The notes beneath the pieces are model-generated. The model worked only from the letters and a program-made list of their open reading frames with translations. It did no database searches and was not told where the DNA came from. Below are positions 1 to 11,210 of a DNA stretch of 64,000 nt, piece by piece (positions within the stretch are counted from its first letter, which is position 1; each line of letters begins with the position of its first letter). Origin of the DNA: Macrostomum hystrix. Taxonomy: Eukaryota > Animalia > Platyhelminthes. The DNA lies in assembly GCA_950097015.1 (NCBI GenBank), contig CATNEN010000034.1, positions 5,952,001 through 6,016,000 of the forward strand, read 5' to 3'. The position numbers and the translations under genes are program-made.

Positions 1-363
1 GCATAGCTAGTCAGCAACTGAGTTTATTTCTTCTCTTTAAACTATTTTTTCACGCAATTTTCTTGAGGAACGTAAATTTTTCTGAAATTCATTAATTTTC
101 CGGATTTACGTGTTTTTTCGTGAAATCATTAGATTTTCCGGATTTATAGGAAAATTTTCAGATTTGACGCAAATTCTCCGGATTATTAAAGATTTTTTTG
201 CCCAGACTTTTTCATTGTAATTTTTACTTTGCTATTTTATAACGTATTCTGCGGATACTGCATTATGTACAAGATATTTTTTAAAGCCGCTAACAGTCGC
301 TGGTACTTTGTTTGAATTTTTGCACTACAACATCTAACCGATACTAAGAGTCATAAAATCCCA

Positions 364-1734
364 ATGCCCCGCATTTGGCAGCTACCAAACCTGGACCTGC
401 TGGCTTCCACCTGTTTGGAAATCATCTCGGCCTACACAGAGTCCCAGCTGCCGCAGGATTTTCTTCCCATCGTCTGCAACCGGCCGGCTGAGTTCGTTCG
501 CCAGTTGCAGCAGGCCAACCAGAACGGCGTTCACGACTCCATCGACAAGATCATCATCGTGCCCTGCCTGCGCACCGCAATGTGCCGCGCCGTCAGCGAG
601 GCTCTCGTCGAGTCCACAGCCTGTCAGGCGCTGCTCCGACGTTGCAGCCGCCGGCACCGGCGAAGAATCCTTCGAGCCGAACGGCGTCGGCCAGACAGTC
701 GGCTCCATGCTGCGATGACGGCTGCGGACCAGTCGCCGCTGCCGCGGGCAAAAAAGGCTGACGTCAATTGCAACGACTTAGAGGAGGACGATGAAGAGGC
801 GCAGCAGCAGCAGCGTCCAGCGGCGACGGAGGCGGATTCAGAGGCCGCCACTACAATCGCCGCCGAGGACTCCGGCATGGACGTTGACGCGGACTGCGAC
901 TCCAACGATGCCGAAGACATCGATGATGACACCGAGGATGGCTGGGAGTCGGCTTTGGCCGATCTGCAGCGTGTCACCGCCGTCGACACCATCACCAGCG
1001 ATGCCGGCAAGTCGTCGATGTCGCCGGATGAGCTCCGCTCGGCCCGCGAGCTGTGCGCCGCTCTTGTCCGATTTCGCGACCACCTCGACCGGCTCTTCTC
1101 CGGCGCCTCGGTGTCCTCATCTGGCAGCCTCGGCCAGGCGCTGCCGGCGGTTCGCGAACTGCCAGCCGTCCTGAGGCAGCCGGCTTCTTCCTCGTCGGCC
1201 CAGGCGTCTGATCCGGCAGTTGAAGCTCTGGCCGAGTTGGCTGGCGAACGCCTTCTGTCTGTTTATCGCAGTCCCGATAAAGTCTGGCGCCTGGCCCAGC
1301 TGGCCGCGTTCCTTCAGCCGCGCCTGCCGCTGCCATCGGAGTCGGATCGGCGCTCGGCGGTGGCTCAGCTGGTTGAGAAACAGCTGGCCGAGGAGGCCGG
1401 GCACATCAGCCGGCGCAAGCGCAACTCGCTTGTGGTCCAGCAGAATCTGGACCAGGCCAGGAAGTCCGTGGAAGACGAGGCCAGACGCTATGAGGCCTTG
1501 CTGGTGAGCTCTGGCTCCGCGGCGCTGACTGGCTCGGCCACGGCCCAGTGGTGGTCGTCGACTGCGGACCGGCTGCCAACGCTGGCCAGCGAGGCGCGCC
1601 TTCTGCTGCACATCCCGGCCAGCTGCCTGCACGTCCAGTCGCCGCTGGGACTGGCCGAATTCTCGGCGAAGCGGGCCCGCCTGCCCGAGACTGAGCTCAA
1701 CGCCCTGCTGGCACTGCACCAGAGTCTGGCTTGA
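364..1734 (+). CDS. Single-exon hAT-transposase-derived protein (456 aa), apparently catalytically inactive, with a C-terminal hAT dimerisation-like domain
   Basis: Uninterrupted GC-rich ORF between AT-rich flanks. Degenerate hAT motifs occur in the canonical order: IVCNRPAEF (cf. IxTDNAxN), VPCLRTAMCRAVSEAL (cf. CxxHxLNL), GWESALADLQRV (cf. TRWNSxxxMLxR), AAFLQPR (cf. AxxLDPR) and WWSSTADRLPTLASEARLLLHIPAS...KRARL...LLAL (cf. Dimer_Tnp_hAT). Recognised by eye; no HMM was run. Confidence 0.65.
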   Translation: MPRIWQLPNLDLLASTCLEIISAYTESQLPQDFLPIVCNRPAEFVRQLQQANQNGVHDSIDKIIIVPCLRTAMCRAVSEALVESTACQALLRRCSRRHRRRILRAERRRPDSRLHAAMTAADQSPLPRAKKADVNCNDLEEDDEEAQQQQRPAATEADSEAATTIAAEDSGMDVDADCDSNDAEDIDDDTEDGWESALADLQRVTAVDTITSDAGKSSMSPDELRSARELCAALVRFRDHLDRLFSGASVSSSGSLGQALPAVRELPAVLRQPASSSSAQASDPAVEALAELAGERLLSVYRSPDKVWRLAQLAAFLQPRLPLPSESDRRSAVAQLVEKQLAEEAGHISRRKRNSLVVQQNLDQARKSVEDEARRYEALLVSSGSAALTGSATAQWWSSTADRLPTLASEARLLLHIPASCLHVQSPLGLAEFSAKRARLPETELNALLALHQSLA

Positions 1735-2427
1735 GCGCACTGGTATAGTGACATTGCCTTGTTAGTAGTCATGTGCGGGCATGACTTTACTTTAATAGGT
1801 CAGCCTCCGTCTATCTTGTTATATTTTTAGAAAAAATCCATTTTTAGATAATCCAGTTCAGTCTTAGCTAATCTAGTTTAAGATATCTAGTTGTATCTAG
1901 GCAAATCTAGCTAGGCTACTCCCAGTGGATAACTGCATAGCAAGTAGGTGCTCTCAGTTGCCGTCCAAAAATCAAGCCCAAACAGAGCATTCTATCGCTA
2001 ATTGCGATCTGAGTCTGTTCTCCTTTCCTCGTGTTATTATTTTTCTGCTCAGATTTCAATAGCCGCATGTCTAAAGTGGTAGCAAACAGATTATAAAACA
2101 GTAATGTTACATTGTTTGTTTGTAATCCATAAACTTACTAGTATAGTTTTGGTTACATCTGCGCATTAATGTGTTAAAGACTGAATTCTAAAAAAAGACA
2201 ATACTGCTGCTCCTCTTTTTTAAATATCTTGATATCATTTTTCTGCTTTTTTACGTTTCTAATCAACAGTTATGCTGCTGCTGTCTGTCACTCTCCCTAG
2301 AAACAATGTGCAATTCTTCTAAAAGCCTAGTCATAAAGCCTAAATTGAATCAAATAGATTTGAAAGGCAACATCACCAAATTTATGCTTCTTAGAATTTT
2401 CTACACCAACAGCTTGTTCGGCTCTCC

Positions 2428-2511
2428 GTTTGTTTGTTTGTTTGTTTGTTTGTTTGTTTTTTCGTTTGTTTGTTTGTTTGTTTGTTTGTTTGTTTTTTGT
2501 TTGTTTGTTTT
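2428..2511. repeat. (GTTT)n microsatellite
   Basis: Directly visible imperfect tetranucleotide run. Confidence 0.95.
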
Positions 2512-3149
2512 CACTAACTCGTTTGTAGATTTGCAGCGCACCTCATTTGGTTATATAAGACCAAAACGAAAAGCTTTTCTGAGTTTTGCTTACTTACTAT
2601 GTCCATATCATTTCAATATGCTTTGTCTGTGTCTTATTGTTTGCAATTTTGAATTTTAAACTTTTCTCCTTACCAATAACCCTAGCAACAACAGTTGCAG
2701 TTTGCTTCTGTGCTCACACCAATGGCTGCCTTCGCTTGCAAATAGAATTTGTTATGCACTGCAAAAAACTGCAGTAGCTTTTTTGTTTATTTAATTCGAA
2801 ATTCTAGAAGTAATTTTCTTTCTATTTTACTATAGTGTTTATCTGCGCACAAGCTTGTCAATAATCGTCACATTTCAGTTCTGAGTTTTGTTTCAGAAGT
2901 AGTCCCAACAAATGCGTTTTTAATCACTTGCTTTGTTTTTTTCCTTGAATTTCACCTGTTTTGCTAAACAGTTTAATTAGTTTCAAATTGAAATTTCAGC
3001 ACTGGAAAGTGCCTAGAAGTCTTATAAATACACATATTCGTACTCTTGTTTTGCTGGCTGCAGAAGGCATTATAATACACCTGCATTCAATTTCTGAATT
3101 TCTTCCATTGCTTTTATCCTCTCTTTGAAGAGGCCAATGAAACAAAAGA

Positions 3150-4730
3150 GACAAGAAAAGAGAGATATGAGACACGGAAGAGATGAGATACGGGAGATAT
3201 GAGACACGGGAGAGATGAGACACGAGAGAGATGAGACAAGGGAGAGATGAGACACGGGAAAGATGAGACACGATAGATAGAGGAAACACGGGTGAGAGAT
3301 GAGACATGGGAGAGGTGAGACACGGGAAAGATGAGACAGGGGAGAGAAGAGACACGGGAAAGAAGAGACACGGGAGAGATGAGACAGGGGAGAGATGAGA
3401 CACAAGAGATATGAGACATGATAGAAAGACGAAACACGGGTGAGGGATGAGACACGAGAGAGATGAGACACGGGAGAGATGAGACAAGGGAGAGATGAGA
3501 CACGAGAGACATGAGATAGGGAAGAGAAGAGACATGAGATAGGGAAGAGAAGAGACATGAGATAGGGAAAAGAAGAGACATGAGATAGGGAAGAGAAGAG
3601 ACATGAGATAGGGAAGAGAAGAGACATGATAGTGAGACGAAACACAGGTGAGAGATGAGACACGAGAGAGATGAGACATAGGAGAGATGAGACAGGGGAG
3701 AGATGAGACACGAGAGAGATGAGACACGAGAGACATGAGATAGGGAAGAGAAGAGACATGAGATAGGGAAGAGAAGAGACATGAGATAGGGAAGAGAAGA
3801 GACATGAGATAGGGAAGAGAAGAGACATGAGATAGGGAAGAGAAGAGACATGATAGTGAGACGAAACACAGGTGAGAGATGAGACACGAGAGAGATGAGA
3901 CACGGGAGAGATGAGACAAGGGAGAGATGAGACACGAGAGACATGAGATAGGGAAGAGAAGAGACATGAGATAGGGAAGAGAAGAGACATGATAGTGAGA
4001 CGAAACACAGGTGAGAGATGAGACACGAGAGAGATGAGACATAGGAGAGATGAGACAGGGGAGAGATGAGACACGAGAGAGATGAGACACGAGAGACATG
4101 AGATAGGGAAGAGAAGAGACATGAGATAGGGAAGAGAAGAGACATGAGATAGGGAAGAGAAGAGACATGAGATAGGGAAGAGAAGAGACATGAGATAGGG
4201 AAGAGAAGAGACATGATAGTGAGACGAAACACAGGTGAGAGATGAGACATAGGAGAGATGAGACAGGGGAGAGATGAGACACGAGAGAGATGAGACACGA
4301 GAGACATGAGATAGGGAAGAGAAGAGACATGAGATAGGGAAGAGAAGAGACATGAGATAGGGAAGAGAAGAGACATGATAGTGAGACGAAACACAGGTGA
4401 GAGATGAGACACGAGAGAGATGAGACATAGGAGAGATGAGACAGGGGAGAGATGAGACACGGGAGAGATGAGACACGGGAGAGATGAGACACGATAGATA
4501 GAGGAAACACGGGTGAGAGATGAGACATGGGAGAGGTGAGACACGGAAAAGATGAGACACGGGAGAGATGAGACAGGGGAGAGAAGAGACACGGGAAAGA
4601 TGAGACACGGGAGAGGTGAGACACGGGAAAGATGAGACACGGGAGAGATGAGACAGGGGAGAGAATTAAGAGACACGGGAAAGATGAGACACGTGAGAGG
4701 TGAGACAGGGGAGAGACGAGACAGGAAAGA
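3150..4730. repeat. Purine-rich GAGATGAGACAC-family minisatellite (about 17-20 bp variable units, with higher-order blocks)
   Basis: Units such as GGGAGAGATGAGACAC and GACATGAGATAGGGAAGAGAA. Produces the periodic SHLSRVSSLPCLISP ORFs on the minus strand. Confidence 0.95.
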
Positions 4731-5233
4731 ACAACGCTGCTGGTCCAATCGTAGTAGGACAGACTCAGTGACTACTGAAGAAGCATTTTACAGCGGATTG
4801 ACTTGCAATAAGACAGGCAGGGATTGCGTGCCGCACTCGAAACCTGATTGCCCCGTATTTCACACCTTGGCTAAAGCAAACAGATGCGTTGGAAATGCCG
4901 CCTGCGGGACTCTACGTATGGCAGCTCTGTCTGGCAGGCGGGGGTCGCAAACGAATGGAAGGGAAAATTTCAGGCTGCTAATATTATCGCGGCTTCCCAT
5001 AGTCATTGTCCATGTTGTGCTTGAATGAAAACTGCTTCTCGCTGTTTGTAGAAGCTAGCTAAAAAAATCTAGCAAAAATTATTTTGCCTGCAGGAACACT
5101 CGAGCCGAATAAAAAAAATTTGTAACTCGTCTGCAATTCCAAAACGTCTTTCCTCGGAACGCCCGAGAGGACACTTGCATGCTATGTTTGCGAGATCCCC
5201 ATTTGATGAAGGTGCCATTCGCTTTCCTCTCAG

Positions 5234-5261
5234 GTGTGTGTGTGTGTGTGTGTGTGTGTGT
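5234..5261. repeat. (GT)n microsatellite
   Basis: Directly visible. Confidence 0.95.
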
Positions 5262-5507
5262 CTGCGGTGTCAGTCTTGCAAAAATAAGGGCCACTTAAAA
5301 ATAAGCCTCGACGCGAGCCAATTTCGCACAGGACTGACGCGTCTCCAAGTGTCGAAAAGCACTTGTCAAAAATGATTTTTTCCCTTAGAATGTTCCGATT
5401 TTGATTAGTAAGGCTTCAGTGGAAGTTTCAGAAACATTCCGACTACATTTTTTAAAGAGAACAGATAGAATGTGTCATTTAAGATTGATGCATGGAATTT
5501 CGTTTGT

Positions 5508-6583
5508 TTGGTAGATGGAAGCTTGGTAGATGGAAGCTTAGTAGATGGAAGTTTGGTAGATGGAAGTTTGGTAGATGGAAGTTTGGTAGATGGAAGTTTG
5601 GTAGATGGAAGTTTGGTAGATGGAAGCTTGGTAGATGGAAGCTTAGTAGATGGAAGTTTGGTAGATGGAAGCTTAGTAGATGGAAGTTTGGTAGATGGAA
5701 GTTTGGTAGATGGAAGTTTGGTAGATGGAAGTTTGGTAGATGGAAGTTTGGTAGATGGAAGCTTGGTAGATGGAAGTTTGGTAGATGGAAGCTGGTAGAT
5801 GGAAGTTTGGTAGATGGAAGCTTGGTAGATGGAAGTTTGGTAGATGGAAGCTTAGTAGATGGAAGTTTGGTAGATGGAAGCTTGGTAGATGGAAGCTTGG
5901 TAAATGGAAGCTTGGTAGATGGAAGCTTGGTAAATGGAAGTTTGGTAGATGGAAGCTTGGTAGATGGAAGCTTGGTAGATGGAAGCTTGGTAGATGGAAG
6001 CTTGGTAGATGGAAGCTTAGTAGATGGAAGTTTGGTAGATGGAAGTTTGGTAGATGGAAGTTTGGTAGATGGAAGCTTGGTAGATGGAAGCTTGGTAGAT
6101 GGAAGCTGGTAGATGGAAGCTTAGTAGATGGAAGTTTGGTAGATGGAAGTTTGGTAGATGGAAGTTTGGTAGATGGAAGCTTGGTAGATGGAAGCTTGGT
6201 AGATGGAAGCTTGGTAGATGGAAGCTTGGTAGATGGAAGCTTGGTAGATGGAAGCTTGGTAGATGGAAGCTTGGTAGATGGAAGCTTGGTAGATGGAAGC
6301 TTGGTAGATGGAAGCTTGGTAGATGGAAGTTTGGTAGATGGAAGCTTAGTAGATGGAAGTTTGGTAGATGGAAGTTTGGTAGATGGAAGTTTGGTAGATG
6401 GAAGCTTGGTAGATGGAAGCTTGGTAAATGGAAGCTTGGTAGATGGAAGCTGGTAGATGGAAGCTTGGTAGATGGAAGCTTGGTAGATGGAAGCTTGGTA
6501 GATGGAAGCTTGGTAGATGGAATCTTGGTAGATGGAAGCTTGGTAGATGGAAGGTTGTTAGATGGAAGGTTGTTAGATGGAAG
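5508..6583. repeat. 15-bp tandem repeat (TTGGTAGATGGAAGC/T)n
   Basis: Near-perfect array; periodic ORFs SLVDG and KLGRW. Confidence 0.97.
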
Positions 6584-7129
6584 ATAGAAAAAAACACAAA
6601 AGGTTCTGTCAAGCAAGTACTTCACAATTTACAGGTTGGACAAAACAAAAAAAATGAAAAAAACTTTACTAACTATTTTACTGAGTTCGTCAATTTGAAA
6701 TCATTGAATTCTATGCATCACTGAATGTAATTGGGTGTAACTTTAAAGGAAATATTTAAAGCGGAAAGCTTTTCCCATTAACACTGGTTTTTCAGGAATC
6801 GAATGAATGGCTTCTCTAAAACTTTGCACAGACGTTGCTAATCTAATTTTTAGTTATATAAGAAAAAAACTGAAATCAGTTTGTAAAAAAATGAAAAAGG
6901 ACCTGGACATGCTCGCATCGCTACTGAGCTGGCTTGTGCAAGTTGCAAAAGTGGATTCTGAGTAAAAATAGATAGAATTTTTTTAAGTTTATAAACTTTG
7001 CATTCGTGTTAGGGAAAAAAAGAAAAAAGTCCAGGATAGCATTGCATTATGGACGAAAAAATGAAAAGCATTTAAATGTAAACTTCTAAGTTCGAGAATG
7101 AACGATTGAGAAACTAAATATGCAAAGCT

Positions 7130-7616
7130 TCCAGATTCCACGCTGTTGAATGCCCAGATTCCACGCTGCTGAATGCCCAGATTCCACGCTGTTGAATGCC
7201 CAGATTCCACGCTGCTGAATGCCCAGATTCCACGCTGTTGAATGCCCAGATTCCACGCTGTTGAATGCCCAGATTCCACGCTGCTGAATGCCTAGATTCC
7301 ACGCTGCTGAATGCCCAGACTCCACGCTGCTGAATGCCTAGATTCCAAGCTGCTGAATGCCCAGATTCCACGGCACTGAATGCCCAGATTCCACACCACT
7401 GAATGCCCAGATTCCACGCTGCTGAATGCCCAGATTCCACAACACTGAATGCCCAGATTCCACGCTGCTGAATGCCTAGATTCCAAGCTGCTGAATGCCC
7501 AGATTCCACGACACTGAATGCCCAGATTTCACACCACTGAATGCCCAGATTCCACACCACTGAATGCCCAGATTCCACACCAATGAATGCCCAGATTCCA
7601 CACCACTGAATGCCCA
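7130..7616. repeat. 23-bp tandem repeat (CCCAGATTCCACGCTGCTGAATG)n
   Basis: Directly visible; gives a 23-aa periodic translation. Confidence 0.95.
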
Positions 7617-7793
7617 TAGTCAAGGTCCGTGAATACCTTACTTTCAACCGAACCAGTGCCTATAGTTAATTCTCGATTTTCTTCTAGATTTCAAGCATTT
7701 GCAAAAGTGTTTGAAATACAAGAGCTACAGCAACAGGTACAATAGTTTAGCTTCGATATTGGCTCAATGTGAATAAACAATGCAATTGCAGTC

Positions 7794-10569
7794 TCATCTG
7801 CTCTCATTAGCCCGCGTGACCTCCAGGTGCAGCTGGGCCACGTGCGGACACAGGCTCGCTAGATTGGCCAAGCTGAGGCCTTGCACCGCTGCCAGAGCCG
7901 TCAGCTGGCTGGCGTTGCGCGCCGCGACGCACAGCGCCCGCGCCAGCGTCAGCTGGACGGCTTCGGGAGCGCCGGAGGCGGCCAACGCCTGCAGCCGGTC
8001 GGTCAAGAGGCAGCCCAAGTCGAAGGCCAGCGACTCGTTGCCCTGGGTAACGGATTTTGCATTTTATTGTGAATTTGGAGTGTCTTTTATGTTACAAAAA
8101 CAGCGATATCACTGGGAGGCTTAAGCTTTAATATTATTAATTTCACGTACCAATAGGGTGTTGATTTGTAATCTAGAGTAATCTAGTCTTGCACTATTAA
8201 CTGTAGGACTACCAAGCCATTTTGCCGCCCGTTTTTATGCCAAGGGGGATTCCCTCCCGCCTATTTTTTTCGGCAGCGCCCGAACGCCAACAGCGTTGGG
8301 TGGTGACTGATTGGTTGACAGACTAGGCGATGGTGAGCTGTGGTTGAGCTGCGCCTAATGTTTTGACTTGAGCAGTGAAATAGGAGAAATTCGCGCCAGG
8401 GTGTCCATAGTGGCCCAATTCCACCTGTTGTTGCCCTTGAAGTTTCAGCACTCCGTCTATATAAAGGTAGGTGACCACCGAATACGGAGATGATGCAGGC
8501 ACATTCGGGTGACATCCTGATAAATTTTGAAGGCCTGGCAAGGCCGCACTGATGCACCGTGCTAATTCGTGTATAGGGGTGTATGAAATACACTAGCGCT
8601 TATAGGAGAAATCTGACCTTCGGCTAGAACCATGGAATATCTCGACGGTATTATTATTATTATCTGTTAGACAGGGATGTGTACGTGTTAGACAGGGATG
8701 TGTACAGACTCCAACAATTATTATATTATTTTTTTGAGTAAAATTTAGTTATTTTCTTGCAGCTCTGAATTGACTCACCGGGCGCAGCAGCAGCAGGTTC
8801 AGTGTCAACGCGCCGCCAGCCTCCGTCAGGCCGGGCCGAACGCCCGACAGCATCAAGCGTCGGGCGCACGCGGCCAATCGCTCTGCCGTGATCCCGCCGC
8901 CGCCGTCGAGCAAGTCGCCAACGGCGTTGCAAGCTATTCGGCCGGCGAATTCGGCCAGGGCCGGACGGCGATCGACGCTGGCCAGGAGCAGCTCCAGTGT
9001 CGATACGAACTGATCGGCAGCCGCCGGAGCAGCCAGCAGACGACGATCTCTCGTCGACGACTTATCGACAGCAGTTTGTCGGAGAAGCATTAACAGTCGA
9101 CGGATCGAGTCATTTGTATTACTTTCGGAGTCGATCACAGCGTCAAGCCAACGACAGTCAGCATCGCTGTCTGGGGCAGCGGCAGCAGAGACAGCAAGTT
9201 CGGCATAGTCGGCTGGCGGTTCTGTGAATTTGATGGGACTCGGTAGCGGCGGCTGCTGCTGGGTTCGCCCAGGCTGCTGTGCCGGGCTGCTACCACCTGG
9301 TCCTCCAGCACTATCGTTATAATGATAGCCCTGAGTGTGCGCCAGTTGCGTCTGCATCGAGTTGATCATCTGGCCCAGCTGGGCGCCCAACGGTGTCGAC
9401 AAGAACTCATCTGGCAGACCGGTGATGTGTGGCGGGATGCTGCGGCCAGTGAGAAACTGAGCCAGCTCGTCGGAGAAGTTGTTACAGTTGTGCCGCAGCA
9501 GATTGTACCGACTGCCGTGGAATCGCTCGCGACTGAGGTCAGCCAGCAGCTCATCTAGCACATCTTTTGGCATTTCGGTGCGACCTAGGTCGATCACTTC
9601 GGTAGGCTCATGAAGCACTGTGCCACCCTGACCATTATATCAGAACAGTAATGATTCTTCAATTGTCATTATAAAATTTCATTTTTTATTTAACATTTCA
9701 TTAGCAATTTTTTCTTAAATCATTCTAAGCGAAAGACATTTTTATCAGCTAGTCTCAGAACTACACTAAAATTATTATACATATTTGTTAGCAAAAATTG
9801 TACTTTAAAATATATTAAAATAAACCTAAATGAAATGCTAATACCTCAAACTATTATTTAAAACTGATAAGTAATTTTGTGCTTATTTGAGTTGAAAACC
9901 AATAAAGTAGGTAAATTTAACTGGTTGTTCATATAACATAACCACAAGTTCCACAATATTTATGCATCCATTATATTTAAGATAAGATGAAATATGGAAT
10001 GACAAGCATATGGCCTAGCCTAAAAAATATATTCTAGCTTTATAGGAAAACAATATTCTTAAATTGATCTTCAATACTATGTAAGTTAGTAAGGAATATA
10101 ATAATATTAAGAAAAATATACTTACTGGTCTGCAAAACTGAATTCCAGCACTTCCAAAAAAATATTCATTGCCAAATACAACAATTGATGTGTGCCAGAT
10201 TCCATCAATTTGTCTTCCTGGAAGTGTTTAAAATATTAGGTTTCAGATCTTGCATAATAATTAAAAGAGTTGCAATACAACATATACAGTTAGTATTGCA
10301 ACTAACTGTAAAATAAGGCATAAATTAGAAACATGACAAAACCAAATTAGGAATGCAAGTATGAACAAAAGAACTGCAGCAGTGCCAGAAATTTAGTTAA
10401 GTCCCACTATGCCGGGTTGCACTTTGTCACATTTAGATTTGAATTTTCATTTTTAGTATAGTAGATGTGAAGGAAGTAACAAATAGCATTACTTACCAAG
10501 TAACATCTGTGACAAAGACCTAGCCATCCCCTGCGATATATCATAAACATAAAGCTTGACGTCCGTCAT
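7794..10569 (-). CDS. DESI1: Desumoylating isopeptidase 1-like PPPDE peptidase with C-terminal helical extension; complement(join(10497..10569,10126..10217,8779..9627,7794..8042)), 420 aa
   Basis: Spliced N-terminus [46 protein letters not shown] matches the DESI1 family, with catalytic His (IWHT) and Cys ([12 protein letters not shown]). All three introns are GT-AG with consistent phases (1,0,0). Exons 1-2 are absent from the ORF track. Confidence 0.92.
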
Positions 10570-11210
10570 TTTAACTAGCGAATCCCTTTTGGATTGTAGA
10601 CGCTTTCAATAAGCGACGAACTAAACAATATAAATCGAGAACTATGAAGAGCAAAAACCGAATACGATTATTTATACAGAATACTGAATTATACAGAATT
10701 TGAGGTACAGAAAGTCTGGCAGTAGGCAGTAGAGTCAACAGAAATTGACAGGCAGAAAACTCAACAGGTCTTATTAACTTTGACAATTAATAAATGCTAA
10801 AAAATGTCGTGAAAGGAATTATCTGTGACTAACTGCTTTTGCACTCTTTCTTACGCTGCTTCGGGAAAAGAAAGGACGATGATAAGCAAAATAAATGTAT
10901 ATGTATATACGTTTCTAGAAAATATGCTAATTCATGTTTGCGATGCATTTTTCTTCGTGAACTGAAGAAAAAACAAAAATTGTAGGAAAAGAAAAAATAA
11001 GTAGCAGCCAATCTTATTTCGGTTATTCCATGCGTTTTATAAAACCTCAGTACTATATTATTCACCTATTTTTTCACAGAGGTTTTTATTTCAAATTTCA
11101 CTATTTTCCTTTCTCTGATTCTTAGAATGTTGATGCTTCTAAAGAAATTTAATCTAGCTAGTTGTAGTTCTTCTTAGTTTTAAGCATTGAGTTTGCTAGA
11201 ATATATATAA
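10570..11210. promoter_or_regulatory. Putative bidirectional promoter region between divergent DESI1 and GNL3 start codons (641 bp)
   Basis: Head-to-head geometry of the two reconstructed genes; no specific elements were identified. Confidence 0.55.

Noticed and set aside
382-1772. Overlapping alternative-frame and antisense ORFs in GC-rich exons (also at 7780-9558, 24959-27187, 28674-35461)
   Set aside because: Expected shadows of GC-rich coding sequence with few stop codons.
2996-6724. Ser/Leu-rich and KLGRW/SLVDG repeat ORFs
   Set aside because: Artefacts of the purine-rich and 15-bp arrays.
8323-8593. 72-aa and 110-aa ORFs inside DESI1 intron 3
   Set aside because: No recognisable family, and the DESI1 model is complete without them; possibly a decayed insertion.
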